Source: Abditibacteriaceae bacterium | GTDB lineage: Bacteria > Armatimonadota > Abditibacteriia > Abditibacteriales > Abditibacteriaceae | Length of the DNA stretch: 64,000 bases | Direction of reading: 5' to 3' | Assembly (NCBI GenBank): GCA_965277285.1 | Contig: OZ255721.1 | Coordinates: forward strand, 2,048,001 to 2,112,000 | Part shown: positions 51,228 to 60,383 of the stretch, one piece after another | Layout of the letters: each line of letters starts with the position of its first letter | How positions within the stretch are numbered: the first letter of the stretch is position 1 | Program-made: the position numbers and the translations under genes | The notes under the pieces: generated by a model | Told to the model about the DNA's origin: nothing | Seen by the model: only the letters and a program-made list of their open reading frames with translations | Database searches by the model: none

Positions 51228-53165
51228 ATGTCCAATTTCCTGTCCTGCGAAGAATGCCGCGCCGAAATCGCTTCTCTTACTCCGGCGAATTTGCGCGCGC
51301 CATTAAATCAAGTGGCGCCCGAACTTTCCGCCGCAGCCTTGTCGCATTTGGAAAACTGCGCGGCTTGCCGATTCGAGTACTCGATGCTGCGCGGCATCGC
51401 CAGCGAATTGAACGCTTTGCCGGTTCACGCTGCACCGCCCGATTTGCGCGCTCGCATTCGCACGCAAATCGAACGCGAAAGTGTGGCTTCATCGCCCGTT
51501 CTCACAGCGCGCCGTTCATTGTTTCCGCGCGTTTCAACGCCGATTTTCAAAGTTCCGCGCTGGGCGACAATTTCGTTTTCGGGCGCGTTAGTAACAGCGT
51601 GCTTGCTGCTTTCGCTGGCGCGCCAACCGCGTTCGCTCTACACGTCGTCAGCGCTCAACAACGATCTCGCAACTTCGAGCGCTCAAACATCGAGTGAAGA
51701 TTCGGGAAATACGCCGAGCGCGTCGGTCAGCAAAGCTGTACAAAGCGAAAATACGATTCGTTCCGCCGCGAAAGTTGGCGCTCAATCTACCAACCAAAAA
51801 ACGACTTTGAAGCCAACAACTTCAGCGTCCGCCACGCCAGGTTCTTCCGCCAATCCCACAACTTCGAGTACTCGAAGCGTCGCGCCAACGATGCCAGGCG
51901 ACCATGTCGATACTCACAATGAACCTTCAGCGTCCGTTGCAGCGCCTGCCTCGTCGCCGCTTTTGCCGTCCAATTCAGCGCCACGACAAAACATATCGTC
52001 CGCAAAAACTTCGCCGCAAAGTGCGCCTGCTGCAAATTCCACTTCGTCTCAGGACGAAAAACGTTTCGCGCAACTGGAAGTTTTGCCGTCTGAAAACCCA
52101 ACCGTTCGTGGGACAATTGCAGAAAATGGCGCTCCAATGCATTCTGACAACGCGTCGTCGGGACGTGAACTATCGGGACGCGCAGTGTCGGGCAACGGAA
52201 ATTTGGGCGTTGCTCAAGATGCAATGCGTTCTCGGAGCGCGTTGCCCGCAAGTTCCGCTGCGGCAAATTCATCTGCGGCAGCGCAATCTTCAAGCAATGC
52301 CGCGTCATCATCCGCGACAACTTCAGGTGCTGCTTCAACAACTGGCAACGCTCGTAATTCCGTCAGTGACAACGTTGCGTCAGGCGCAATGGCGCCGCAA
52401 TACGCCGCACCGAAAAGTTCCAGTCGCGCAGTGTCGGGCGCAAGCACACGGGAACAACCCAATAACGAAGATAATTCTGGTTCTTCCGCTTCTTCTGCGC
52501 CGACAGCTTCTGCGCCAACGGCTTCTACATCAACAGCAGATCAAGACCGGCGGCGTCCTAAGAGTTCAAGTACTCGAAACGCCAATTCGTCATCCGCCGA
52601 TTCATCATCCGCCAGTTTTTCGCGCGGCGCCGCGTCGGTTCCCGATACAGTGCAATCAGGTGCAGGCACGCAAAGCGACACGATAAAAAACGACGCAAAC
52701 GGCAAAGTTGCGCCGCGTGACGCCGCACAAAACCGCGTCGCGGTCGCTGGCTCTTTGTTCAAAGGGACAGCCAAAAATTCTGCTTCACCACTGGCTTTAC
52801 CTGCTGCGCCGCTCGCGGCGGTTCGCACGATGAAAAAATTGTCTAACGAGCAAGCTGGCGCGTCTGACGATCAAGCGAGTCAGCGCGCGCGTTTGACCAT
52901 TGTGCCGCGATTGGACGCGAGTTCGGCGCGCCTTGTGGTTCAATGGCAGAGCGTTTCGCCAAAGAACAACGAAACCGTCGTGTGGCGCGGCGCGGCGCGG
53001 CGTCATCAACCGATTGTGGTGATCGTTTTCATTCCGCATGACGCGTCGGGGAACAAAAATCGGCGCGTTCAAGTCTCCTTACAGGTTTTGCAAGCTAACA
53101 AGTCGCAGAACACCTGGAAAACTGTCGATTCGACAACGCTCAACGCTTCTGTTGCGCAACGTTGA
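51228..53165 (+). CDS. Zinc-binding (zf-HC2) membrane anti-sigma factor with long Ser/Ala-rich extracytoplasmic region
   Basis: CEEC...HLENCAAC, TM, low-complexity linker; directly downstream of the ECF gene. Confidence 0.8.
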   Translation: MSNFLSCEECRAEIASLTPANLRAPLNQVAPELSAAALSHLENCAACRFEYSMLRGIASELNALPVHAAPPDLRARIRTQIERESVASSPVLTARRSLFPRVSTPIFKVPRWATISFSGALVTACLLLSLARQPRSLYTSSALNNDLATSSAQTSSEDSGNTPSASVSKAVQSENTIRSAAKVGAQSTNQKTTLKPTTSASATPGSSANPTTSSTRSVAPTMPGDHVDTHNEPSASVAAPASSPLLPSNSAPRQNISSAKTSPQSAPAANSTSSQDEKRFAQLEVLPSENPTVRGTIAENGAPMHSDNASSGRELSGRAVSGNGNLGVAQDAMRSRSALPASSAAANSSAAAQSSSNAASSSATTSGAASTTGNARNSVSDNVASGAMAPQYAAPKSSSRAVSGASTREQPNNEDNSGSSASSAPTASAPTASTSTADQDRRRPKSSSTRNANSSSADSSSASFSRGAASVPDTVQSGAGTQSDTIKNDANGKVAPRDAAQNRVAVAGSLFKGTAKNSASPLALPAAPLAAVRTMKKLSNEQAGASDDQASQRARLTIVPRLDASSARLVVQWQSVSPKNNETVVWRGAARRHQPIVVIVFIPHDASGNKNRRVQVSLQVLQANKSQNTWKTVDSTTLNASVAQR

Positions 53166-53218
53166 AACAAGGTTTTCGCTTCGTGTTGCGGCTTGCGACC
53201 TTTGTTTTGGAGGCGTTT

Positions 53219-55633
53219 ATGTCCCGTTTTTTGCCGCGCGCAGTCCGTTTATCGCGTCCGTTTCTTGGTGGTATCGCGTTGTGCGCCCTTGTCCTGAGCG
53301 CCTTTGCCCTGGCGTCGCATTCACAAAAACAATCTTCCGCGAAACATCGCTCAGTGCCGGTTCAAACGCGCGTATCGGAAAAAGTGGTTGTCTCACCAGC
53401 GCAAATCCGCGTGATCGAGCCGCCGATTATCATCGAACCGCGTTCACCAATTTTCTGGCCGCCGCCTTCGGTTGGGCAAAGCGAATTGCAATTGGTTTCG
53501 CAGCGCGCGCAAATCGAAATCGTCGGCGCGACGGCGAAAACGCACCTGTTTCAAACCTTTCGCAACCCGACTTCGAGCACCGTCGAAGGAACCTATTTGT
53601 TTCCTTTGCCAAATGGGGCGGCGATTTCCGATTTCGCCATGACGGTTGGCGGCAAGCGCGTCGCGGCAGAAATTCTCGACCGCGACAAAGCGCGCGACAT
53701 CTACGAAAGCATCGTGCGCAAATTGCGCGATCCGGCGATTTTGGAATTCACCGACCGCAACGCCGTTCGCGCCCGCATTTTCCCCATCGCGGCGGGCGCC
53801 GAGCAGCAAATCGAAATCGAGTACTCGAATCCTCTCTCAAGCGAAAACGGCGCCTTGCGCTACAGCCTTCCGCTGCGCTTGCCGGTTGGCGGCACGGCGC
53901 AAAACGCCAGCGTCGAGATTCGGGTGCGCGATGCCAAAAGCGTACGCAACGTGTATTCGCCGACGCACGCGATTGAAAGCAAAGCCGACGGCAACACGTT
54001 GCGCATCAGCGGCGAATGGAAAACCGACAGCAGTTCCGACAACGCCAGTTCCAGTAACGCTGCGCGCGATTTCGTGTTGTATTTGACGCAATCACAAAGT
54101 CGCGTCGGATTGAATCTGGTGACGCAAGTCGTGCCCGATGAAGACGGCTATTTCATGCTGATGGCGGCGCCCGATCCGACGTTGCAGGCCAAAGAAATCG
54201 CCGCCAAAGACGCGGTTTTCACGCTCGACACCAGCGGTTCGATGGAAGGCGCCAAAATCGAGCAGGCGCGCCAAGCATTGCTCAGTTTGCTGGGCAATTT
54301 GAACCCGACAGATCGCTTTAACATCATCACGTTTTCTTCTGACGTGAACACGTTTCACGACCAATTGGTGGATGCGACGCCGCAAAACATTCAAAAAGCG
54401 CGCGAGTTCGTCAAAGCGATCAAAGCCGTCGGCGGAACCGACATTGACGAGGCGCTGCGAACTTCGCTGAAGATGTTTCACGCTGACGGAACACGTCCGC
54501 ATCAACTGATTTTTATGACCGACGGTCAGCCAACAGTTGGCGAGACCGACACCGACACGATTTTGCAAAACGTGCGAAAAATCCAGCCCAAAGTGGCGAT
54601 GATCGCCGGACAGTTGACGCCAGGCACCAAATTTCCCGACGATTATTGGCAAAATGGAAACTTAGCGCGCATTTTCGTGTTCGGCGTTGGCTACGATGTC
54701 AATACGAAATTGTTGGATGAATTGGCCGAAGAAAATCGCGGCGCGTCCGATTACGTTTTGCCACAGGAAGACATTGAGGCCAAAGTCGGTTCGCTGTATA
54801 ACAAAATTGCGTTTCCGGTTTTGTCCAATGCGCAGCTTGATTGGGGCGGCGCCAACGTTTACGATGTTTATCCGCGCCAGTTGCCCGACTTGTTCAAAGG
54901 CTCGCAAGTCGTGGTTTTCGGGCGTTTCAAAACCACATCGAGTACTCGAATCCGTTTAACGGGTGACGCTAACGGCCAGGCGCAAAACGTGTTTGCGGAC
55001 GGCGATTTCAAAACAGTTTCGACGGACAACGACTTGTTGCCACGTTTGTGGGCGATGCGCAAAATCGGCTTTTTGCTGGATGACGCACGGCGCAAAGGTG
55101 TCGCGCCCGACGAAGAAGTGAAAGCCGAAGTGATCGCGCTGTCGAAAAAGTTTGGCATCGTGACGCCTTTGACGGCAGCCTTGATTTCCGAAGACGAACA
55201 AGCGCCGGTGAACTTCCCGCGCCCGATGCCTTTTCCGCGTCCTTTCCCAATGCGACGCGGTGGTGCAATCGAAGACAACGCGAGCGGCGTCAACGCGGCG
55301 CCTTCGGTCGCTCAAAGTTTCGCGGCCACATCAGGCGAAACGGCTGTTGGTGCCGCGCGCGCGACGGCCAAAATGCGCCGGAGCGACCGCCTGGACACAA
55401 CGGCTTCGCTTTCGACACAACGTTTCGTGGCCGGAAAAACCTTTGTCCTGCAAGGCGATGTCTGGACGGATACCGATTACGACGCGAAAAAGGCGCCGCT
55501 TTCGCAAACCGTGAAGTTTGCGTCGGACGAATATTTCTCGCTGGCGCGCGACGCCAAAGTCGCCCAATGGCTCAGCGTCGGCAATCGCGTCCTTGTGGTA
55601 ATTGGAAATCGCGTTGTGAAAGTCGAGCCTTGA
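53219..55633 (+). CDS. Exported VIT + vWA domain protein
   Basis: Signal/TM, EGTYLFPLP and DPAILE (VIT), LDTSGSM MIDAS, GGTD, MTDGQPTVG, FGVG, RLWA; GGAGG RBS. Confidence 0.92.
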   Translation: MSRFLPRAVRLSRPFLGGIALCALVLSAFALASHSQKQSSAKHRSVPVQTRVSEKVVVSPAQIRVIEPPIIIEPRSPIFWPPPSVGQSELQLVSQRAQIEIVGATAKTHLFQTFRNPTSSTVEGTYLFPLPNGAAISDFAMTVGGKRVAAEILDRDKARDIYESIVRKLRDPAILEFTDRNAVRARIFPIAAGAEQQIEIEYSNPLSSENGALRYSLPLRLPVGGTAQNASVEIRVRDAKSVRNVYSPTHAIESKADGNTLRISGEWKTDSSSDNASSSNAARDFVLYLTQSQSRVGLNLVTQVVPDEDGYFMLMAAPDPTLQAKEIAAKDAVFTLDTSGSMEGAKIEQARQALLSLLGNLNPTDRFNIITFSSDVNTFHDQLVDATPQNIQKAREFVKAIKAVGGTDIDEALRTSLKMFHADGTRPHQLIFMTDGQPTVGETDTDTILQNVRKIQPKVAMIAGQLTPGTKFPDDYWQNGNLARIFVFGVGYDVNTKLLDELAEENRGASDYVLPQEDIEAKVGSLYNKIAFPVLSNAQLDWGGANVYDVYPRQLPDLFKGSQVVVFGRFKTTSSTRIRLTGDANGQAQNVFADGDFKTVSTDNDLLPRLWAMRKIGFLLDDARRKGVAPDEEVKAEVIALSKKFGIVTPLTAALISEDEQAPVNFPRPMPFPRPFPMRRGGAIEDNASGVNAAPSVAQSFAATSGETAVGAARATAKMRRSDRLDTTASLSTQRFVAGKTFVLQGDVWTDTDYDAKKAPLSQTVKFASDEYFSLARDAKVAQWLSVGNRVLVVIGNRVVKVEP

Positions 55634-55713
55634 ACGCCCCGAGTTCCAATTCGTGCAACAAGCCTCTGACATATTTTGTAGCTTGCATAATGCATAATAT
55701 GCAGCCTATTGAC

Positions 55714-55773
55714 CAGAATGGCACAGTAAACGGGTTCGGCATCGATGCCGAACCCGTTTACTGTGCCATTCTG
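55714..55773. repeat. 60-bp perfect palindrome
   Basis: CAGAATGGCACAGTAAACGGGTTCGGCATC|GATGCCGAACCCGTTTACTGTGCCATTCTG. Confidence 0.95.
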
Positions 55774-55975
55774 CAAAAAAATTGACGCCAAAGCACACAA
55801 TCGCTTGAAGATATGGAACACACCCATAACAGTGCAGAATTGCATTGCAATAAAAATTTACTGCGTCATGGCACATTTAGTGTAGATCAGATTCTGATTA
55901 TCTTGAAGATGATTGGCGAAAACGCTGCAAAAGCGCTTCAAGTTTCTCGAGGCGTGCTCAAGGGAGATCAGTTTT

Positions 55976-56473
55976 ATGCGAACACAACGCACTTGTCGGA
56001 ATACTAATACGAATCGCCGGATGTCATGTCGTGCTCATCGCCATGGCCAGGTTCTGGTTGAGCTGGCACTATCCCTGTTATTGCTATTGACGATCTTGAT
56101 GGGCATCATGGAGTTTGGCTGGCTGGCGCGCAACAACTTGATGCTGGCCAATGCGTCGCGTGAAGGCGCGCGAGCCGCTTCTCTGGGGCGAACAGTGAGC
56201 GCCACGCAGACGCGCATCACAAACTCGATGATGCCTTTGACAACCACTTTCGGCACCAGTTCCAATAACAGCCAACTTCAGTACTCGGCTGATAACGGAG
56301 CGACCTGGCTCAGTTGGCCAGGTGACAGCGGAAGCTATAACGGCGTGCCGGTGGGCAGCCTCATTCGCGTGATTGTTGCGACACGCCATAAGCCTTTGAC
56401 TGGATTCTTCTAGTTTTTGAGAAACCGCGACATCTCACAGCTTACAACGATGAAGCGTGAAGCCAATGGTTGA
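55976..56473 (+). pseudogene. TadE-like pseudopilin with in-frame TAG at 56411 (ORF ends 56413; frame continues to TGA 56473)
   Basis: GQVLVELAL, NASREGARAA; after the TAG the frame reads FLRNRDISQLTTMKREANG*. Confidence 0.6.
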
Positions 56474-56530
56474 GGAATACCAATATTTGAAGCAGTTGTG
56501 CTTCAAAATTTATTGAGTGAGGTGTTTGTG

Positions 56531-57613
56531 ATGCAAAGAAGAAAGGAGAAAAAAGCAATTATTCGGCAAATCAAGCAGGAACGCCGTCGCGAACGCCGTC
56601 GCGGCAGTATTTTGTTGATTGTCGTTCTGTCGTTGCCCATGATGTTCGGGTTTTGTGCGTTAGCAGTGGATTATGGAATTCTCAACGCGGATACCAATCG
56701 CCTGCAACGAGGCTGCGACGCCGCGGCTTTGGCGGGCGCCAGCAAGCTGAAGCAAACCAATGATCAGGCGGATGTCGCTTCGGCGACCACGGAAGCCATT
56801 CAAGTGGCGGCGCGCAATGGAGTTACATTGGCCAGTTCCGATATAACTTTTCCCAATGCCAGCAGTTCTCGAAGTGACTGGTCGCGCATTTCCGTCCAGG
56901 GTCGGTTTACCCGACCTCTGCTCTTCGCCCGCTTCTGGCAAATGAACAACAGCCTGCTGAACCGCCACGCTACGGCAGAAGTCACGCCGGTGACAGGAAT
57001 CCCAAACAGCTTTGTGCCGCTGGTAATCACGACGACCGACTACAACTCTCACCTGACGGGCAACAATCTTCCGGTTTCTCTAATTCGGATGCAAAGCAAA
57101 ACCGACTTTGCAACCGGCACCGTAATCGGCATCAGTACCAACACCAGTAACAACGGTAAGTCGCCAAGCCAGTGGCAGGACGACGTTCAAAACGGCACAA
57201 CCTTTACCGTCAACATCAACGACAATGACGTGGCAATCAATGCAGCTCTGCAGAACCAGTCGGGAAACGTGGATGCGGCCTTAGCAACTCGAGTCAGTGA
57301 CGCCAAAACCGCGGGTTGGAACCCAGGCGTAAACCCGACGACACAGGACGAGTCGGCGGATTACCCCAATTACCCGGGTTCCGCGGCACGGCGCATATTC
57401 ACCATTGGTGTGGCGGATCCAACGGCAGCCAGCACTGGCAACCAGAACATTGTCCTGCTGAAATTTGTGCGAGTTTATTTGGTTTCTTCAGGCAACGGCC
57501 AAATGACTTTCCGCTTGATGCCTACGGCCACCACAAACTCAGAAGGCGGCTTTACAACTGGCGGAAATGTCAGCACCGGCCTTTCCATTGTGCGCTTGAT
57601 CGACGATCTTTAA
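56531..57613 (+). CDS. TadG-like / Tad-domain pseudopilin
   Basis: RRGSILLIV, ALAVDYG, LQRGCDAAALAGA; GAGGTG RBS. Confidence 0.88.
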   Translation: MQRRKEKKAIIRQIKQERRRERRRGSILLIVVLSLPMMFGFCALAVDYGILNADTNRLQRGCDAAALAGASKLKQTNDQADVASATTEAIQVAARNGVTLASSDITFPNASSSRSDWSRISVQGRFTRPLLFARFWQMNNSLLNRHATAEVTPVTGIPNSFVPLVITTTDYNSHLTGNNLPVSLIRMQSKTDFATGTVIGISTNTSNNGKSPSQWQDDVQNGTTFTVNINDNDVAINAALQNQSGNVDAALATRVSDAKTAGWNPGVNPTTQDESADYPNYPGSAARRIFTIGVADPTAASTGNQNIVLLKFVRVYLVSSGNGQMTFRLMPTATTNSEGGFTTGGNVSTGLSIVRLIDDL

Positions 57614-57674
57614 ACTGAGGCAAACCACAAAATAAAATGGGTTCGCGCTTTCGCCGCCAACTCAATCGAGTACT

Positions 57675-57718
57675 CGACAAGGTCACAGCAAATGTTCTGC
57701 TGTGACCTTGTCGTTTTT
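57675..57718 (+). terminator. Rho-independent terminator after the first Tad block
   Basis: 16-bp stem CGACAAGGTCACAGCA/TGCTGTGACCTTGTCG followed by TTTTT; overlaps the end of the 12-mer at 57666. Confidence 0.75.
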
Positions 57719-57832
57719 AGCACAAACTTCTTTCTTCGGTTCTTTGCAAACATCTTCTTACAGTGAATGGTGCGCATCGGAACGTGACACAAACCAAGCA
57801 AAAAGCTAATTTAAGCGCCGACCGAAATGTCG

Positions 57833-59146
57833 CTAACCTCCAACAGGACTATTTCCTAAAACTTCGCGTGCCGCGTCAATGGTTTTTTCGATGTCGTTCG
57901 GCGTGTGCGCGAGCGAAATAAAGGCCGCTTCAAATTGCGATGGCGGCAAATAAATGCCGCGATTGAGCATTCCGTGGAAGAATTGCGCGAACTTTTTCGT
58001 ATCCGATTTCTTGGCGCTTTCATAATCGGTCACAGGTTCATCGGAAAAGAACAACGTCCACATCGAACCCAAACGATGCAATTGCGCGCGCGTTTTTGTC
58101 GCATCGAGTACTCGATTCAAGCCGTCTTCGAGTTGCGCGCCACGAGCTTCCAATTGCGCATAAGCCGCATCGGTCAATTCGTTTAAAGTCGCAAGTCCGG
58201 CAGTCATCGCAATCGGATTTCCGCTGAGAGTTCCCGCCTGATAAACCGGGCCAATTGGCGCCACGCAACTCATAATTTCGCGCTTGCCGCCGTACGCGCC
58301 AACGGGAAAGCCGCCGCCGATGATTTTCCCCAGCGTCGTCATGTCGGGCTTTACACCACAAAGGTTTTGAAAGCCGCCTTTGCTTTGACGAAAACCTGTC
58401 ATTACTTCATCGAACAACAATACCGCACCGCGCTTTGCGGTTTCTTCGCGCAGCATTTCCAGAAAACCCGTTTTAGGAAATACCAAACCCATATTGGCTG
58501 GCAAAGGTTCGACCACGACGCACGCCAGATCGTCGCCCGCCGCATCAAGTACGCGAAGTGTCGCCTCGAAGTCATTGAATGGCGCCACCAAAGTGTCTTC
58601 GGTCTGGTGCGCCGTTACTCCCGCGGAATCGGGAACGCCCAGCGTCATGGCGCCCGAACCGGCGGCGACCAGCAACGAGTCGCTGTGACCGTGATAACAA
58701 CCGGCAAACTTGACAATTTTGCGTCGTCCTGTGAAGCCGCGCGCTGCACGCAAAGCGCCCATTACGGCTTCGGTGCCGCTATTGACCATGCGAATCATTT
58801 CAATCGACGGCACGGCGTCAATCACGGCTTGCGCCATTTCCACTTCGAGCGCAGTCGGCGCGCCATAGGAAGTGCCGCGCGAAAGCTGATCGCGCACGCG
58901 TTCGAGTACTCGATGCGGCGCGTGACCTAAGATCATCGGCCCCCACGAACCGACGTAATCTAAGAGTTGGTTGCCGTCGGCGTCCCACAAATAAGCGCCT
59001 TCCGCACGCGCCATGAAACGCGGCGTGCCGCCAACCGAGCCGAAAGCGCGCACCGGCGAATTGACGCCGCCCGGCATGATTTTCTGTGCGTCGTCGAACA
59101 AGTGCTGCGACTGCGGAGTTGATTGGAAATCGAGGTTTTGGTTCAT
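57833..59146 (-). CDS. hemL: Glutamate-1-semialdehyde 2,1-aminomutase
   Basis: PGGVNSPVRAF, SWGP, NSGTEA, GCYHGH.D, FDEVMTGFR, GKIIGGG, YQAGTLSGNP. Confidence 0.97.
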   Translation of the reverse strand: MNQNLDFQSTPQSQHLFDDAQKIMPGGVNSPVRAFGSVGGTPRFMARAEGAYLWDADGNQLLDYVGSWGPMILGHAPHRVLERVRDQLSRGTSYGAPTALEVEMAQAVIDAVPSIEMIRMVNSGTEAVMGALRAARGFTGRRKIVKFAGCYHGHSDSLLVAAGSGAMTLGVPDSAGVTAHQTEDTLVAPFNDFEATLRVLDAAGDDLACVVVEPLPANMGLVFPKTGFLEMLREETAKRGAVLLFDEVMTGFRQSKGGFQNLCGVKPDMTTLGKIIGGGFPVGAYGGKREIMSCVAPIGPVYQAGTLSGNPIAMTAGLATLNELTDAAYAQLEARGAQLEDGLNRVLDATKTRAQLHRLGSMWTLFFSDEPVTDYESAKKSDTKKFAQFFHGMLNRGIYLPPSQFEAAFISLAHTPNDIEKTIDAAREVLGNSPVGG

Positions 59147-59266
59147 TGAAAAATTCTTTTCTTTATGGTGATTCAAAAGTTGAGTTTTGTGGAATAATGA
59201 AGTTGAAGTCGCAAAGGCGATTTTGTTGCCACACAATAGTCAAGTGCGAATAGTAGGTGAGGTCTT

Positions 59267-59767
59267 ATGCGAAACATTACGTGGAAGGTTACAAAAAGTT
59301 CAGTGCGTCGAAAAAGAACGAGCCAGCGTCGCGGCGTTGTTATGATCGAGTTTTGCATCGCTTTCTTTTTCATTTTCCTGCCGTTGTGCATGGCGCTTCT
59401 TCAGTACGGCATGATTATTCAAGCGACATTGGCGATGAACAATCTCAGCCGCGAAGCAGGTCGCTACGCATCAGTCAATTCGTTGAACGCCAAAGACGAC
59501 ACGGATTTGAAAAACTATATCACATCCAACGCGCTGGGCTTGGGCATCGTCATTAAAGATCCTACGAATGATATTGTGATTTCTCCCAAGTACAATGATC
59601 CCCTCGCCGCGACCAAAACGCGTGTGAGATACAACCCGATTACCATCAGCATCACCTATAACCTCAACCCAAGATCGTTTCTCCAATCGCCTTTTACGGC
59701 AGTTTTTCATATCCCGATTTTTCGTTCAAATTATACGACCAGCGTTGTCATGGTGATGCAGCAGTAA
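59267..59767 (+). CDS. TadE-like pseudopilin
   Basis: RRGVVMIEF, hydrophobic helix, SREAGRYA; GAGGT RBS. Confidence 0.85.
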   Translation: MRNITWKVTKSSVRRKRTSQRRGVVMIEFCIAFFFIFLPLCMALLQYGMIIQATLAMNNLSREAGRYASVNSLNAKDDTDLKNYITSNALGLGIVIKDPTNDIVISPKYNDPLAATKTRVRYNPITISITYNLNPRSFLQSPFTAVFHIPIFRSNYTTSVVMVMQQ

Positions 59768-59788
59768 TCGAACGAACGCGAGGTTCTT

Positions 59789-60340
59789 ATGCCATTTCTT
59801 CACCAAAATTTAGCTTCGAGTACTCGATTGAAACAAGTCAATCCGCGCCACGCAAAGCGACGCGGTCAGGCGCTTTTGGAAGCGGCGTTCGTGATGCCGT
59901 TTCTACTCATTTTCATGATGGGCATTCTCCAATTCGGGTTGGTTTACCACGCAAAATTGGCGATGGAGCACGCCTGCCGCGATGGAGCACGCTACGCTGC
60001 AGTGCACGGACGCGAAAAACCCCCAGTAGTAGGTTCGCCTTTAACAGCCGACTATAACATCACAGCTCGCATCCAAAAATCGGCGCAGAACATGGGGCTG
60101 GGTCTCAAAACGAGCGACATCACGATAGGCCCACCGTCGTTTAACACAGCGGCAAGTCCAAGCAATCGTCCTCTTTACAGCACGCTTCCCATAACTGTCA
60201 CTTACGATATGAATAAGCGGCGCATCATTCCGGGTCAGTTTTATATTCCCATTGCCAACGTCACAGTAACTTTGCCAATTTTTGCCGGTCCTTACAGCAT
60301 TACTGAAAATGTCGTATTGGAAGGCGCCGATGTTCCCTGA
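59789..60340 (+). CDS. TadE-like pseudopilin
   Basis: RRGQALLEAA, ACRDGARYAA. Confidence 0.88.
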   Translation: MPFLHQNLASSTRLKQVNPRHAKRRGQALLEAAFVMPFLLIFMMGILQFGLVYHAKLAMEHACRDGARYAAVHGREKPPVVGSPLTADYNITARIQKSAQNMGLGLKTSDITIGPPSFNTAASPSNRPLYSTLPITVTYDMNKRRIIPGQFYIPIANVTVTLPIFAGPYSITENVVLEGADVP

Positions 60341-60383
60341 AAAGCGCCACGAATAGGTGTTAAGTCGTTCCGAGGTGATCAAG

